Assembly: GCA_951406725.2 (NCBI GenBank)
Contig: OX597824.1
Coordinates: 89,900,001-89,964,000, forward strand
DNA from: Octopus vulgaris
Lineage: Eukaryota
Length of the DNA stretch: 64,000 nt
Direction: 5' to 3'
The notes beneath the pieces are model-generated. The model was given only the letters and a program-made list of their open reading frames with translations, did no database searches and was not told where the DNA came from. The position numbers were made by a program, and so were the translations under genes. Position 1 is the stretch's first letter. Every line of letters begins with the position of its first letter. Shown here piece after piece: positions 1-13,176 of this stretch.

Positions 1-132
1 TTAATAAAATTTATACCATGGAATTCAACAGGGACACCGTTTTGTAGACAATCGATAGATATTGATACGCGCTTATGAATTCGTTCACGTGTAATATATA
101 TTAAGCTGAACACAAAATAAATAAATAAATAA

Positions 133-230
<98 letters not shown>

Positions 231-332
231 GGCGTAGATGCATCTATATACATAGATGTAAATGGTTACGTGTCTGCGTGCTTATACATATATATTAATA
301 ATATATGCGATATATATAATTGCGTATATATC

Positions 333-367
<35 letters not shown>

Positions 368-404
368 ACATATGTGCGTATATACATACATATATATGTA
401 TACA

Positions 405-567
405 TGACAGGCTTCTTTCAGTTTCCGTCTACGAAATCCACTCACAAGGCTTTGGTCTATCCGAGGCTATAGTAAAAGGCACTTGCCCAAGATGCAACGC
501 AGCGGGACTGAACCCGGAACCATGTAGTTGGGAAGCAAGCTTCTTACCACACAGCCACTCCTGCGCC
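405..567 (-). mobile_element. SINE family A, 5' half (tRNA-derived head + CORE-like segment)
   Basis: Reverse complement reads GGCGCAGGAGTGGCTGTGTGGTAAG (A box)...GGTTCAGTCCC (B box)...CTTGGGCAAGTG...GACGGAAACTGAAAGAAGCC; matches many copies in the window. Confidence 0.85.
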
Positions 568-602
568 TATACGTGTGTGTATGTGTATGTGTGTGTGTGT
601 GT

Positions 603-634
<32 letters not shown>

Positions 635-635
635 T

Positions 636-694
<59 letters not shown>

Positions 695-743
695 GGATAG
701 ATAGATATGTATATATAAAAGCATATGTATGCGTATATGAATG

Positions 744-788
<45 letters not shown>

Positions 789-1102
789 GTATTATATAAA
801 ATGTGCAATATATGCATATATGGTATATACAGAATATATATTTTACAAAAAAATTGTTATATATATATATATATATATATGATATCCAATATGTGTATGC
901 TTATACGCGTGTCTATACACCTATATATGTATATATATATATATGTGTATGTATATACAATCATATTTACAAAGCTTTTAATAAATATTCTACATGCATC
1001 TTTTTCAATGTGTTCAATACAAACACAATTTTCATAAATGTTTGTCTGTGCGTGCGTATATGTGCGCAGAGGCTTATGTGTTTCTTTCTCTGTCTGTCTG
1101 TC

Positions 1103-1174
<72 letters not shown>

Positions 1175-1279
1175 TAGTATTTTAATATATAACACATTAA
1201 GCACGGTATCTGTTTGGATCAATAATCTGAAATGGAAACATACGGTATATTTATTAAATGGTATATATACTTGTCTGTA

Positions 1280-1322
<43 letters not shown>

Positions 1323-1379
1323 GTGTGTGTGTTCCCTTTCTATTGAAATGAATCGTAGCAACTATATGTGTGTTACGTA

Positions 1380-1419
<40 letters not shown>

Positions 1420-1548
1420 TTATATATACATACATACGTAAATACATACATATAAGAAATAATTAAGATTCATTGCAATTAGATACTTAAAATGAGTCGC
1501 CAAGTCAATCCGGTATTATCCGCACAGCTCGAAGTAAGGTGAATAAAA

Positions 1549-1937
1549 AGCGAATAAGTAACAAGGATGTCAATGTATTAATGCGTTACGGCCGTTTCAG
1601 ACAGCTCCATTTAATCGAACGATGCCAGCATTACATCAATTTGAAATACATCGCCATCTTGGGTTACAAAAATATAGGTTTTCAACAGACAGCATACTCC
1701 ATCATAATTTTTAGCAAATATTTCATCAGAACTAGAGAATGAAAGAATTCCATGTTGCAGAATAAACTAAAGTTGCTAAAAATTATAATGGAGTATCCTG
1801 TCTATTGAAAACTTATATTTTTGCATCCGAAGATGGCGGCGTGTTTCAAATTGATGTAATACTTACATTGTTCGATTAAGTAGAGCCGTCTGAAACGCGT
1901 ATTGCATTAATACCTTGACATCATTGTTACTTATTTG

Positions 1938-1939
<2 letters not shown>
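1549..1939. mobile_element. Diverged inverted pair of Penelope-like terminal repeats (arms 1549-1717 and 1773-1939)
   Basis: Arms align as diverged reverse complements by eye; right arm holds a hammerhead-like motif and runs into (TA)n at 1939. Confidence 0.6.
1822..1906 (+). ncRNA. Minimal hammerhead-ribozyme-like motif (PLE type, long stem II)
   Basis: TGCAT-CCGAAGA-T-GGCGGC...GCCGTC-T-GAAA-CGCG-TA-TTGCA; palindromic helix III ACGCGT, GUA triplet. Confidence 0.5.
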
Positions 1940-2031
<92 letters not shown>

Positions 2032-2284
2032 GCACATCATATATATATATTTTTTTCCTTGTCTTTTCTCTTGAAGTTCTTATTTTCATTGTTTTGGATT
2101 TCCTTCGTTTTTCTTTTATCTCCCTAGGGAATTCGTTATAAAGCCATTTTCATTGACGTTTTTTCGTTTCTTTTAAAGTTATTTACGGTACACCCTCGTA
2201 TTTTTTTCCTCGTCTGACTTGAAATTTTCAGTTAACATCTTAACCAAAGTAAACAGATGACTCATCCATGTAGTTTGATATTAA

Positions 2285-2352
2285 CATGGGGCCCCTCAAC
2301 CGCGGAGGCCCCCTGTGACCGCAGGGGTTACAGGGGCTTAGTGACGACCCTG
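2285..2352. mobile_element. Possible terminal fragment of an old DNA-transposon MITE
   Basis: GC-rich GGGGCCCC...GGAGGCCCCC...TTAGTGACGACCCTG end embedded in AT-rich DNA; partner TIR not found. Confidence 0.25.
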
Positions 2353-2774
2353 GAATCAGGCTCTATTTGTAGATTATATCCATTACTTATAAACATATCT
2401 CCGATCCTGATACGACTCTTTGAACCTTTATTAATGTTATTTATTGACTTTTCCGTTATGTAAGCGATTGACTCACTTCTGTGTGGATTTCCATCTATCC
2501 ATATTTGTTATATTACAAAGGATTAACACTATTAGTCTCTACTCATATCAGTTTATTTCCACTTTTATATATAAGTGATAATATATATGATATGCTGGAT
2601 ATATTTTCTTTACTCTTATTACATATAAAAATACGTGAACGGGTCGTTATTAACTGGTCCGTACATGTATGATTTGTTATCTAAATCATAACAGACGATT
2701 TGCAATAGAATTGTATTCATCTCGCATTGGCTTTTAACCGTATCGTCCGAGTACTAACACGCTATCTTAAACAC

Positions 2775-2930
2775 AAAGCGTCAGGATAAAATATCTTGCG
2801 ATATATGTTCCTGCTTGACTTCCCTTCTTCTGGAGTCGATAAAATTAAGTATCACTCATATGCTGGGGATGATATCATTGACTTACCCCCACCTCTTCCA
2901 GATTTCTACCATTTTGCCAGCATTCGAAAT
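2775..2930 (+). mobile_element. SINE family B, degenerate copy
   Basis: CCCTTCTTCTGGAGTCGATAAAATTAAGTATC...CTGGGGATGATATCATTGACTTACCCC matches the family B core. Confidence 0.6.
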
Positions 2931-3381
2931 TATATAGAATCCTGATTATATTTATTAACGATATCTCATACCCATACCATTATACACGCATATATTTTAC
3001 CGCATCCTCCATTCCACTTGTTTTCACATCATACTCGAACCCGCTACCATATCTTCACTTCCACGCTTTCCTTGCACAAAAACGATCCCACCTACACACC
3101 AACTACCCACAACTTCCACTATCCCACACCGCATCTCTGCCACACTTGCACACCTCTTCACACATACGCACTCTCCAAAAAGCATAACCGCTCACATCCC
3201 TCTTATACTTATCTCAATACACGATTACACCTCTATACATGCACATCTACCCACCTCTCCTTTCTTAACTTGCTTATAGAGCTGCATTTTCACCTGGCTT
3301 CTTCTATATACCTCACCTGTTTTCCACAACCAGCTATTCCCCACCCCCATGCACTCCCTTCCTTTGTTTTCTTCCATATTT

Positions 3382-3419
3382 CTGTTCTGATGAAGGATTA
3401 ACGTCCGAAACGCCAAAAC
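3382..3419 (+). ncRNA. Hammerhead-like motif in a degenerate Penelope-like terminal repeat (about 3290-3490)
   Basis: CTGATGA-A-GGAT-TAAC-GTCC-GAAA-CG-CC; canonical CUGAUGA core but U16.1 mutated, so probably inactive. Confidence 0.5.
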
Positions 3420-3693
3420 CGTTTCTCGTCCATTTAAACGTTGAACAATATTTGTTAAAACTTAACCTTCATGTATTGTCTTTTCTTTTATGCTCATCAT
3501 TTCAATTTATGCACAACGAGGCCATATGAGATGTCCTCTCAAAGCAAGTAACAGTTTTCGGTGTCCTAATACAACATCCAAGTTAAGATGGTCTTTCGAT
3601 ATTGATAGTGGTATATACGTATATATTTCGTCTGTGGATTTGGTTATAAGGCACCAAAGGAGAATGACTCTTCCCAGACACAACAGAATATAA

Positions 3694-3726
<33 letters not shown>

Positions 3727-3780
3727 TGTATGTATGTATGTATGTATGTATGTATGTATATATATATATATATATTTATT

Positions 3781-3966
3781 ATTTGTTTCAGTTATTTGAT
3801 TGTAGCCATGCTGGAGCACCACCTTCAGTTGAACAAATCGACCCCATGACTTATTCTTTGTAAGCTTAGTACTTATTCTATCAGTCTCTTATGCCTAACC
3901 TCTAAGTTACGGGGACATAAACACACGAGCATCGGTTGTCAAGCGATGGTGAGAGGACAAACACAG

Positions 3967-4017
<51 letters not shown>

Positions 4018-4133
4018 CATATATACGACGGGCTTCTTTCAGTTTCTGCCTACCAAATCCACTAACAAGACTTTGGTCGTCCCGAGGCTATGGTAGAAGA
4101 CACTTGCCCAAGGTGTCATGCAGTGGGACTGAG
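3781..4133 (-). mobile_element. SINE family A, 5'-truncated
   Basis: Family A 3' tail, internal (CA)n(TA)n tract and CORE-like segment. Confidence 0.85.
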
Positions 4134-4141
4134 TAAATTTC

Positions 4142-4338
4142 CCCCACTGCCGTTTGACATGGGTTGATGTGTTTGCGTCCCTGTAATCTAGCGGTTAGAC
4201 AACGGAAAGCGACAGAATAAATGTTAGACTTGAAAAGAATGCAAATAATGGGGATCGATACATTGAACTAAAAATGCTTCAAGGTGGTGCCCCAACATGA
4301 CCGCAGTCTAATGACTGAAACAAGTAAAAGATGAAAGA
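4142..4338 (+). mobile_element. SINE family A, degenerate 3' half
   Basis: Ends ATGACCGCAGTCTAATGACTGAAACAAGTAAAAGA. Confidence 0.7.
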
Positions 4339-4374
4339 CATATAATGTGTGTATGTGTGTATTTGTGTGTGTGA

Positions 4375-4411
<37 letters not shown>

Positions 4412-4433
4412 TGTGTGTGTGTGTGTGTTTACT

Positions 4434-4496
<63 letters not shown>

Positions 4497-4900
4497 TTGT
4501 ATGTATGTTTGTATGTATGTATTTAATCTGATCGATATTGCTGGCGTTGTTTTGGCCTAATCAGTCCTGCTCAAGTAAACCTATAATAAACAAAATACCA
4601 TCTGTGACCGTCCCATCTGTGACCATCCCGTCTGTCTCAGTGTACATCAAGCTCAGGGACACATTATAAAGCGGGAGTATTCACTTTATTTTTAAGTCCG
4701 TTCTTTATTCTTATTTTTATTTATTTATTGATGTGTTTATTTTTATTTTTAATTTTTTGCAGAAAAATGTCAGCAGTGATTTGAATGAATTTCACTGCTA
4801 TTTCTAGCAAATCGAAAGGCGAAATACGCGGGTGTAAAGAAGAGGATTGATCCTTAAAAGAGTTCAACTTCGAGAGAGAAGGGTACTTTTCTGAGAAGCA

Positions 4901-4937
<37 letters not shown>

Positions 4938-4938
<1 letters not shown>

Positions 4939-5143
4939 TTCATTATTACAGCTACCATTCATCGTGCAATTGTGATCTCAACCGCCCGACGAGCAGGAAC
5001 GTGAAACTCTGAGTAGCAGTTTCTTCTCATATATTCGTTAAGGTTTTTGCAGCTTTAATAATAAAGCATATTACTCTGCCTCCGGTATTCGAGTACTATT
5101 TTTCCCTTTCACCTTGTTTCACATTTATGTGCTTACTATGGTA
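4938..5143 (+). mobile_element. Penelope-like terminal-repeat fragment with hammerhead-like motif (4982-5019)
   Basis: CCGC-CCGACGA-GC-AGGAAC-GT-GAAA-CTCTGAG-TA-GCAG; its 3' part (AATAAAGCATATTACTCT...CACATTTATGTG) recurs inverted at 9737-9810; flanked by (TA)n and (CA)n. Confidence 0.5.
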
Positions 5144-5205
<62 letters not shown>

Positions 5206-5206
5206 T

Positions 5207-5289
<83 letters not shown>

Positions 5290-5518
5290 CATACACAAGC
5301 ATACTATGTATTTATATATAAATGTTTGTTATGGCAAAACAAAATTATGCCACAGAATGTAAGCCCCAAAAATCCTAATGGCCCGTTATTATAATTAAAA
5401 GAAGGAAAAAAATCGAAGATTGTGCCATACAATTTATTAATGATCAGAGAATAAACAAACATAAAGAATTTGAATTCCTTTTAAATCTTTTTACTAGATT
5501 AGCAGCCCTGCATATGCA

Positions 5519-5840
5519 TATGTGTGTGAATGTGTTTGTTTATATATGTATATATATGCTTATGTGAACGTGTGTTATCTACATATATATATATATGTGT
5601 GTGAATGTGTGTGTATATATATGTATATATATGCTAATGTAAACGTGTGTTATCTACATATATATATATATGTGTGTGAATGTGTGTGTGTGTATATATG
5701 TATATATATGCTAATGTGAACGTGTGTTATCTACATATATATATATATATGTGTGTGTGTGAATGTGTGTGTGTATATATGTATATATATGCTAATGTAA
5801 ACGTGTTATCTACATATATATGTGTGTGTGTGTGTGTGTG
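5519..5840. repeat. Minisatellite, about 70-bp unit x4-5, built on TA/TG microsatellite
   Basis: GTGAATGTGTG...GCTAATGTAAACGTGTGTTATCTACATATA repeated. Confidence 0.8.
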
Positions 5841-6028
5841 AGTCACTTGGTGTCTAACTTCTTAAATGCTTCTATGTAAGTATGTATGTACGTGTGTGTG
5901 TGTGTGTGTGCATGTATGTGTGTATGTATGTATGTATGTGAGTGTATATGTCTGCCAGGGTTTATATAAATATTTTCAGCAAATCATTGTTGTCAGTGTT
6001 CATAACCGTATCCATTGAAAAATATCGC

Positions 6029-6083
<55 letters not shown>

Positions 6084-6165
6084 CAGAGAAAGAGAAAAAG
6101 AGAGATACATGTACATGAATATACACACATATATACATACATATATAATTATTTTTGTGTGTATG

Positions 6166-6196
<31 letters not shown>

Positions 6197-6304
6197 GTAT
6201 GTATATATGTATGTGTGTGTGTATATATATGTATATATATATATACTGTTCCATGATGGTAAGATTTAATTGATACACACACGTACACACACATTACAAT
6301 GGGT

Positions 6305-6340
<36 letters not shown>

Positions 6341-6593
6341 TGTGATATTCTAAAAAGCAAACACAATTATGTTATTGAATTAAAAAAAAATACAAAACAA
6401 TTTTGATAATAATGTCACATTTCTTTATTGCGACAAAAAAATGTGAGACCAAAATCGTGCCAAAGAATAGAGAAACGATCCTTGCATAAACCAACATAAA
6501 GATTTTGGATAATATTTAATTTCTCCAAAGATGGTATATATATTTCGTGTGTGTCTTTGTATGTGTGTCTATAAAAATACATACATATATACT

Positions 6594-6798
<205 letters not shown>

Positions 6799-6911
6799 CA
6801 CACACACAAAAAAAAAACACACACACACACACACACATATATGTATATACATAGATATATCATTCATGCTAAATTTTTCATAAATTACCAAGAATTTCAA
6901 AGAAACATAAT

Positions 6912-6964
<53 letters not shown>

Positions 6965-7394
6965 CATACACACACATGCATGCACGTACGCCACCTATAT
7001 ACCTGCGTACACCCACTTTAAGGAACACTTGAACAAAACTTCAAGGAGCAGTTGTGAAGCGATAACAGTGGAAAGTCTAAAATATAATACTTGACATGCG
7101 AAGGAAGATAAAACTTATATATTGAAATTGTAAAGCGATGCTTGTGAAATGAAACGTTAAGAAAATGTCAAAATGTCAAAATGTCAAAATGTTAAACCTT
7201 ATGGATTATCGGAGGACATTTTCAGAAGTGTTGGCTCGTGTGTGAAGGAGGGTTTGTCAAGGATGGAAAGATTAGGATGTTTGTAGAAAGCGCGGTTAGG
7301 AAGTGGTTGGAAAGACATAAGTTGAAGCTGTGCATAGTCGATCGGAAACGGCAACAGACAAAGGATTCTCTCAATTAGAAAGATATAGAAATAC

Positions 7395-7545
7395 GCATTT
7401 CAATGACAGCGCTTACTTCGCAATCGCGTGGATCCGGGTTCGATCCTATTGCGTGGAACGTTAAGTAAGTGTTTTCTACCATAGCCTTGGGCCGACCAAA
7501 GCCTTGTGAGTGGAGTTCGTAAACGGAAACTGAAAGAAGCCCGTT
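7395..7545 (+). mobile_element. SINE family A-related 5' half (variant head)
   Basis: GGATCCGGGTTCGATCC B box then GGCCGACCAAAGCCTTGTGAGTGGA...GAAACTGAAAGAAGCCCG. Confidence 0.7.
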
Positions 7546-7569
7546 GCACATACACACACACACACACAT

Positions 7570-8148
7570 ATGACGGGCTTCTTCCAGTTTCCAAATCCAC
7601 TCACAAGGCTTTGGTCGGCCTGAAGCTATATTAGAAGACACTTGCCTAAGGACTGAACCCAGAACCATGTGGTTGGTAAGCAAGCTTCTTATTTCTTTAT
7701 TGCCCACAAATGACTAAACATAGAGGGGACAAACAAGGACAGACAAACGGATTAAGTCGATTATATCGACTCCAGTGCATCACTGGTACTTAATTTATCG
7801 ACCCCAAAAGGATGAAAAGCAAAGTCGACCTTGGCGGAATTTGAACTCAGAACGTAACGGCAGACGAAATACCTATGTCATTACTACCCACAAGTGACTA
7901 AACACAGAGGGGACAAACAAGGACAGACAAACGGATTAAGTCGATTATATCGACCCCAGTGCGTAACTGGTACTTAATTTATCGACCCCGAAAGGATGAA
8001 AGGCAAAGTCGACCTCGGCGGAATTTGAACTCAGAACGTAACGGCAGACGAAATACGGCTACGCATTTCGCCCAGCGTGCTAACGTCTCTGCCAGCTCGC
8101 CGCCTTTGGTTGGCAAACAATCTTCTTAGCACACAGCCATGCTTGTGT
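7570..8148 (-). mobile_element. SINE family A 5' half interrupted by a family B dimer
   Basis: A sequence at 7570-7690 resumes at 8107-8148; diverged duplication GGTTGGTAAGCAAGCTTCTT / GGTTGGCAAACAATCTTCTT flanks the insert. Confidence 0.75.
7691..8105 (-). mobile_element. SINE family B1 dimer (Tx1-type tail)
   Basis: Head GGCGGCGAGCTGGCAGA, core GCCGAGGTCGACTTTGCCTTTCATCCTTTCGGGGTCGATAAA, tail TTGTGGG...AATAAAGAAAT; second unit restarts at GGTATTTCGTCTG (7873). Confidence 0.9.
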
Positions 8149-8384
8149 CTGTTGTCTAGGAAGCTTCCTGGTTGTTAATTCGTCTCAGCTTATCGCTTTA
8201 TTTATTTGTTTGTTTATTCTTTAGAGTATTAATCTTTTCCGGTCTATGCAACTAAGGCCGGTTTAAAGTAAAACATCCATGTTAGTAAAACACAACATAC
8301 ACCTATGAATGGCCTTGATACATTAAGTATGATACACAGGTAGCTGTTTTAATCTTTGTTTTATTCAGTTACTTTCTGCTTCTT

Positions 8385-8589
8385 TGATCTTTTCTCTTGT
8401 TTCAGTTATTAGACTGCGGCCATGCTGGTGCATCACTTTGACGAATTTTAGTCGAATGAATCGACCCCCGTACTTTATTTTATAAAACATGGTACTTATT
8501 TTATAGGTCGAGTTTGTCGAACCGCTATGTTACGGAGTCGTAAGCACATCAACGCCGGTTGTCAAGCGGTAGTAGGGGACTAACACAGG

Positions 8590-8639
<50 letters not shown>

Positions 8640-8779
8640 AACACACGACGGGCTTCTTTCAGTTTCCGTTCACCAAATCCACTCACAAAGTTTTGGTCGG
8701 CCCGTGGCTGTAGGTGACAGGCAACGGAACTGAACGCGGAACTATGGTGGTTGAGAATCAAATTTCTTACCACACAGCT
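8385..8779 (-). mobile_element. SINE family A, older near-full copy
   Basis: Tail, internal (CA)n, CORE-like and head segments all recognisable. Confidence 0.8.
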
Positions 8780-8956
8780 ATTTTTTAATACAATTTCTTA
8801 TATATTAAATTTTCTCTTCTTTTATTTATTTTCTTTTTTTTTGTGTCTCTTTACATTATACGTAATTACAGATCCTAATTTAAGAGTTATTGTCAATATT
8901 TTGGTCTCCGTATATTTAATCTAATAATTTTTTTATATTTTGTACTTATTTAATTA

Positions 8957-9333
8957 TCTCTCTCTATATAAACGGCAGTTTGTCTGTGCGTGTTTCTGTG
9001 TGTCTGTTTGCTTGTACCCTCACCCTGACCACGGCTTTCAACCGATTCTGATGAAACTTGACACACACATAGCCCAATGTCATAATTCAAAACTAACGCA
9101 GCGAAAATTTTGAAAAGTTCCCCCAGTTCTGAAATATATCGATATATTCGACATGGGGTCGAGAATCAGAAACACAAACCGCAAACTGTCTAGGGGACGC
9201 AACTCCACCTTTTTTAACTAAAAAATAAATTTACCATCATTTTTTTCCATTTTTTTGCTATTTTTTGGCTCTCTAAAAATGCTTTATAGTTATTTCCCTT
9301 ACAAACCTGAGCAACGCCGGGCGATACTGCTAG
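8957..9333 (+). mobile_element. Non-autonomous Helitron
   Basis: 5' TC(TCTCTATATAAA) after A; subterminal hairpin CCTGAGCAACGCCGGG; 3' CTAG followed by T; 3' end shared with 13558-14194. Confidence 0.85.
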
Positions 9334-9663
9334 TCTCAGTATAAAGCTCTTTCTTCTTGTTTTTTCTCGACTCATTTTCCGGTTTAAATGAACCGACTTA
9401 AAAACCACGGCAAACATAGATTGTACCAATGTCACGGCATTTGGCTCAGTTCCTTGGCCTGAGAATAAATGTCTCTCTTACCTCCACCAATAATTACAGA
9501 CCTGAAAACTATCTTCGTTGCCATTCTTTCTCCTTTGACATAGTCATTAAAAACAGTTACAAGAATTTTTATCAAATCTCTCTGTAACATAACTTCCGGT
9601 TTGATTTGCAACCTCCCTCACTCCTCTCTCGCTCCCTTCTTCTGTATGCATGCGTGTATGTAC

Positions 9664-9736
<73 letters not shown>

Positions 9737-9846
9737 GGAGTAAACACATAAATGTGAAACAAGGTGGAAAAAAGTGTACTCAAATACCAGTGGTAGAGTA
9801 ATATGCTTTATTTTAAGCAGCAGAATTTTCTGCTGCTTAAAATAAT
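9737..9846 (-). mobile_element. Penelope-like end fragment with 18-bp perfect fold-back (9808-9845)
   Basis: Homologous to 5060-5140; TTATTTTAAGCAGCAGAA-TT-TTCTGCTGCTTAAAATAA; flanked by TA tracts. Confidence 0.55.
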
Positions 9847-9863
9847 GTATGTATATATATATA

Positions 9864-10065
9864 CAGTTAATCCAAACAAGAAAGCACAAAAAAACACAAC
9901 AACGCGAGGACGAGGAACAAATATAGTATTATTGGACGCTCAGGAAAGAAGGGAAGAAGGAGGGTTTGACGTTTCGAGCGGAGCTCTTCGTCGGAAACAC
10001 AGGAGAAGGAAAGATCCAGAGAAGGGAAGGCAGAGGAAAAAAAATCGCCAACGGTACACATTTTG
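9864..10065 (-). mobile_element. Penelope-like terminal repeat, copy 1
   Basis: Closely similar to 48535-48748 in opposite orientation; ends GGATTAAC next to a TA tract; carries hammerhead motif. Confidence 0.7.
9964..9998 (-). ncRNA. Minimal hammerhead-ribozyme-like motif
   Basis: rc: GTTT-CCGACGA-A-GAGC-TCC-GCTC-GAAA-CG-TC-AAAC; stem I GUUU/AAAC, stem II GAGC/GCUC, GUC triplet. Confidence 0.6.
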
Positions 10066-10092
10066 ACAGACGTATATATATCTATACATATG

Positions 10093-10146
<54 letters not shown>

Positions 10147-10454
10147 TATATTTCTCAACACTATAAGGCATTAAGCGACCACTTTTTGGGGGAATGGAAA
10201 AAAAAATATGAATCTCCTTTTTCGAAAAATATGAATAACTGTATTCGTTGTTCTCAGTTATATTTTAATAAATTATTTTCTTCACAATAAACGGCATGTA
10301 TGTATGTATGTATGTATGTATGTATGTATGTATGTATGTATGTATGTATGTATGTGTGTGTGTATGTATGTATGTATGTATGTATGTATGTACCTATCTA
10401 TCTATCTATCTACCTATCTTTCTATCAATCTCTCTCTCTCTCTCTCTCGCTGTC

Positions 10455-10488
<34 letters not shown>

Positions 10489-11224
10489 TTTACCTATCTA
10501 TTTATCTATCTACACACACATATACAATCTATTTTATGTATTTATCTTTCTTTCTTTCTTTCTTTCTATCTGTCTATCTATTTATCTATCACTCTTTTTA
10601 CCCAAATCTCTCATCCTACAAACACGTTCAGTTTCCGTCTACCAAATCCACTCGCATAAAACAACGGGTCATATGCTAGTAGAGATAAAATAAATCTCAC
10701 GTGGCTGCATAGAGGTTCTTTAATTGATTCAACGACCTCAAGTATCTTCGGAGCAGCGACTCCTGTTGGTTGATGGATAGTTTGGTGTTGGCAGGATTCA
10801 ATAAATAGTCTAACTGAAACGAAGAGGCGAATGTTTTGAATATGAAATTATTTTTTTATAATACTTTAGTGAATGGTGGAAGAGTAGCACTCACCGCCCC
10901 TTCCAGGGACTTCCGAGATTCGTGGGAGGAAGGAAAGACTTTATCTTTACACTGGAGACCCAACCTGAATGCTTGCAACAAAGTCAACTTTGCTAAAGGC
11001 ACCAAACGGTCAGCTGCTGTAGTTAAACCGAGCACGGAAAAGTCCACTAACCAAAAATAGGAACGGTTTTTCCGACCGATTTCTACATAGTTTCCGCCAG
11101 CCAAAGTTTCACTCACAAGGCTCTGGTTAAAATGAGGTTTTGCTAAACCCACTTTTACTAAAATGCTGTGCAATGACATCTAGCGGGAAACCATGAAAAT
11201 GTCCAAAAAAAAAAAAAAAAAAAA

Positions 11225-11325
11225 ACTGGTACTCCGTCGATTACGACGATGAATGTTCAAGTCGATCCGATCAACAGAACAGCTTGCTTGGGAAATTAAG
11301 GTGCAAATGGATGAGCATTCCACAC
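11225..11325 (-). mobile_element. Tail fragment of SINE family C
   Basis: ACTGGTACTCCGTCGATTACGACG...GATCCGATCAACAGAACAGC matches 53100-53210. Confidence 0.6.
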
Positions 11326-11412
11326 TCTCGCGAAACTTTTTTTTCGACGCACCAAGAAGACGCCTAACTCGCTGCCTTCCTGCACTCATTAATTAATTAA
11401 TATAATATATAC

Positions 11413-12350
11413 GGTGGTGAGCTGGCAGAATCGTTTGCACGCCGGATAAAATGCTTAGCGGCATTTTCTTTCGTCTTTACGCTTTGAGTCCAAATTCCGC
11501 CGAAGTCGACATTGTTTTTCATCGATGTCGGAGATCGATGAAAAAAAAAAATTACCATTTGAGTACTGGGGTCGATGTAATAGACTTATCCCTCCCTCCA
11601 AAATATCAGGCCTTGTGCTAAAATTTGAAAGCGTGGCGAGCTGGCAGAATCGTTAGCACACCAGACAAAATTCTTTGCACCATTTTCTTCCGTCTTTACG
11701 TTCTGAGATCAAATTCCGCCGAAGTCGACATTGCTTTTCATCGCTGTCGGAGGTCGATGAAAAAGAAATAAATACCAGTTGAGTACTAGGGTCGATGTAG
11801 TCGACTTATCACTCCCTCCAAAATGTCAGGCCTTGTGCTAAAATTTGAAAGCGTGGCGAGCTGGCAGAATCGTTAGCACACCAGACAAAATTCATAGCGG
11901 CATTTTCTTCCGTCTTTACGATCTGAGATCAAATTAGCCAAAGTCGACATTGCTTTTCATCGCTGTCGGTGATCGATAAAAATAAAATAAATACCAGTTG
12001 AGTACTGGGATCGATTTAATCTATTTCTTTATTGCCCACAGGGGGCTAAACATAGAGGGGACAAACAGGGACAGACAAAGGGATTAAGTCAATTACATCG
12101 ACCCCAGTGCGTAACTGGTACTTATTTAATCGACCCCGAAAGGATGAAAGGCAAAGTCGACCTCGGCGGAATTTGAACTCAGAACGTAGCGGCAGACGAA
12201 ATACGGCTACACATTTCGCCCGGCGTGTTAACGGTTCTGCCAGCTCGCCGCCTTCTGGGATCGATTTAATCGATTTGCCTACCATCCCACACACGCACAC
12301 AAAGAAATCAATACGAAAACACCCGGCCTTGTGTCTGAAGCAGAAAGGTC
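11413..12350 (+). mobile_element. Head-to-tail array of three family B2 SINEs (units start 11413, 11631, 11851; third interrupted)
   Basis: About 220-bp period; head GAGCTGGCAGAATCG, tail GGCCTTGTGCTAAAATTTGAAA. Confidence 0.85.
12022..12254 (-). mobile_element. Full-length SINE family B1 with 17-bp TSD
   Basis: CTGGGATCGATTTAATC duplicated at 12005-12021 and 12255-12271. Confidence 0.92.
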
Positions 12351-12357
12351 TAATTAA

Positions 12358-12760
12358 TCTCTTATTATAAAAGGCAGATTTTATCTGCCTCCCTTTGGGA
12401 GTTATACAAATCTACAATATAGGATTTCTTCAATTACAATTTACCTAGCATTTTTGAGAGTACAATGCATCGCGTCATGCCAGGTCCAGTTTTTAAAATT
12501 TAAACTCCAATTAAGCAAAATTTACAGAAAACTCACATTCTGGTGTGTGTGTCAAATGCTTTTCTTAGTCTGGTTTACACCACACGCAAACGCACACACA
12601 CAGTGGGCAACGAATAAAATGAAAGTAAATAGCGACAGAGTGATTTGAGGAAGACTAAAGTGAAAGTATTCTGTCTATGACGCTGATAGATACATGAGTA
12701 AAATGTATGGGAAGCTAAGAGCTAAGAGTGAGTGAAAATGTTCTTGGAAGAGAGTAATTA
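12358..12760 (+). mobile_element. Probable Helitron 5' portion
   Basis: Starts A|TCTCTTATTATAAAAGGCAG, a typical Helitron 5' end; no 3' CTAG/hairpin found. Confidence 0.4.
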
Positions 12761-13080
12761 GTAATAAAGTAAACATACACTCATACATACATACATACAT
12801 ACATACATACATACATACATACATACATACATACATACATACATACATACACACACACATACACACACACATACATACACACACACATACATACATACAC
12901 ACATACATACATACATACATATATATACATACATATACATACATACATACACACACACATACACACACACACAGTATTGAAGCTTGAGAACAATCAGATA
13001 CATTTGCAACACATCTGTTGAAAATATTATTGTTCACACACATACATATACATATATACATACAGACAGACAGACAGATA

Positions 13081-13122
<42 letters not shown>

Positions 13123-13176
13123 ATCCAGCATGGCCACAACCTCAAGGCTGAAACATATAAAAGAATAACAGAATAT

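Noticed and set aside
10836-11179. Overlapping ORFs in non-repetitive sequence
   Set aside because: No recognisable homology, weak donor site, partly overlaps a degenerate SINE; kept only as a weak exon candidate.
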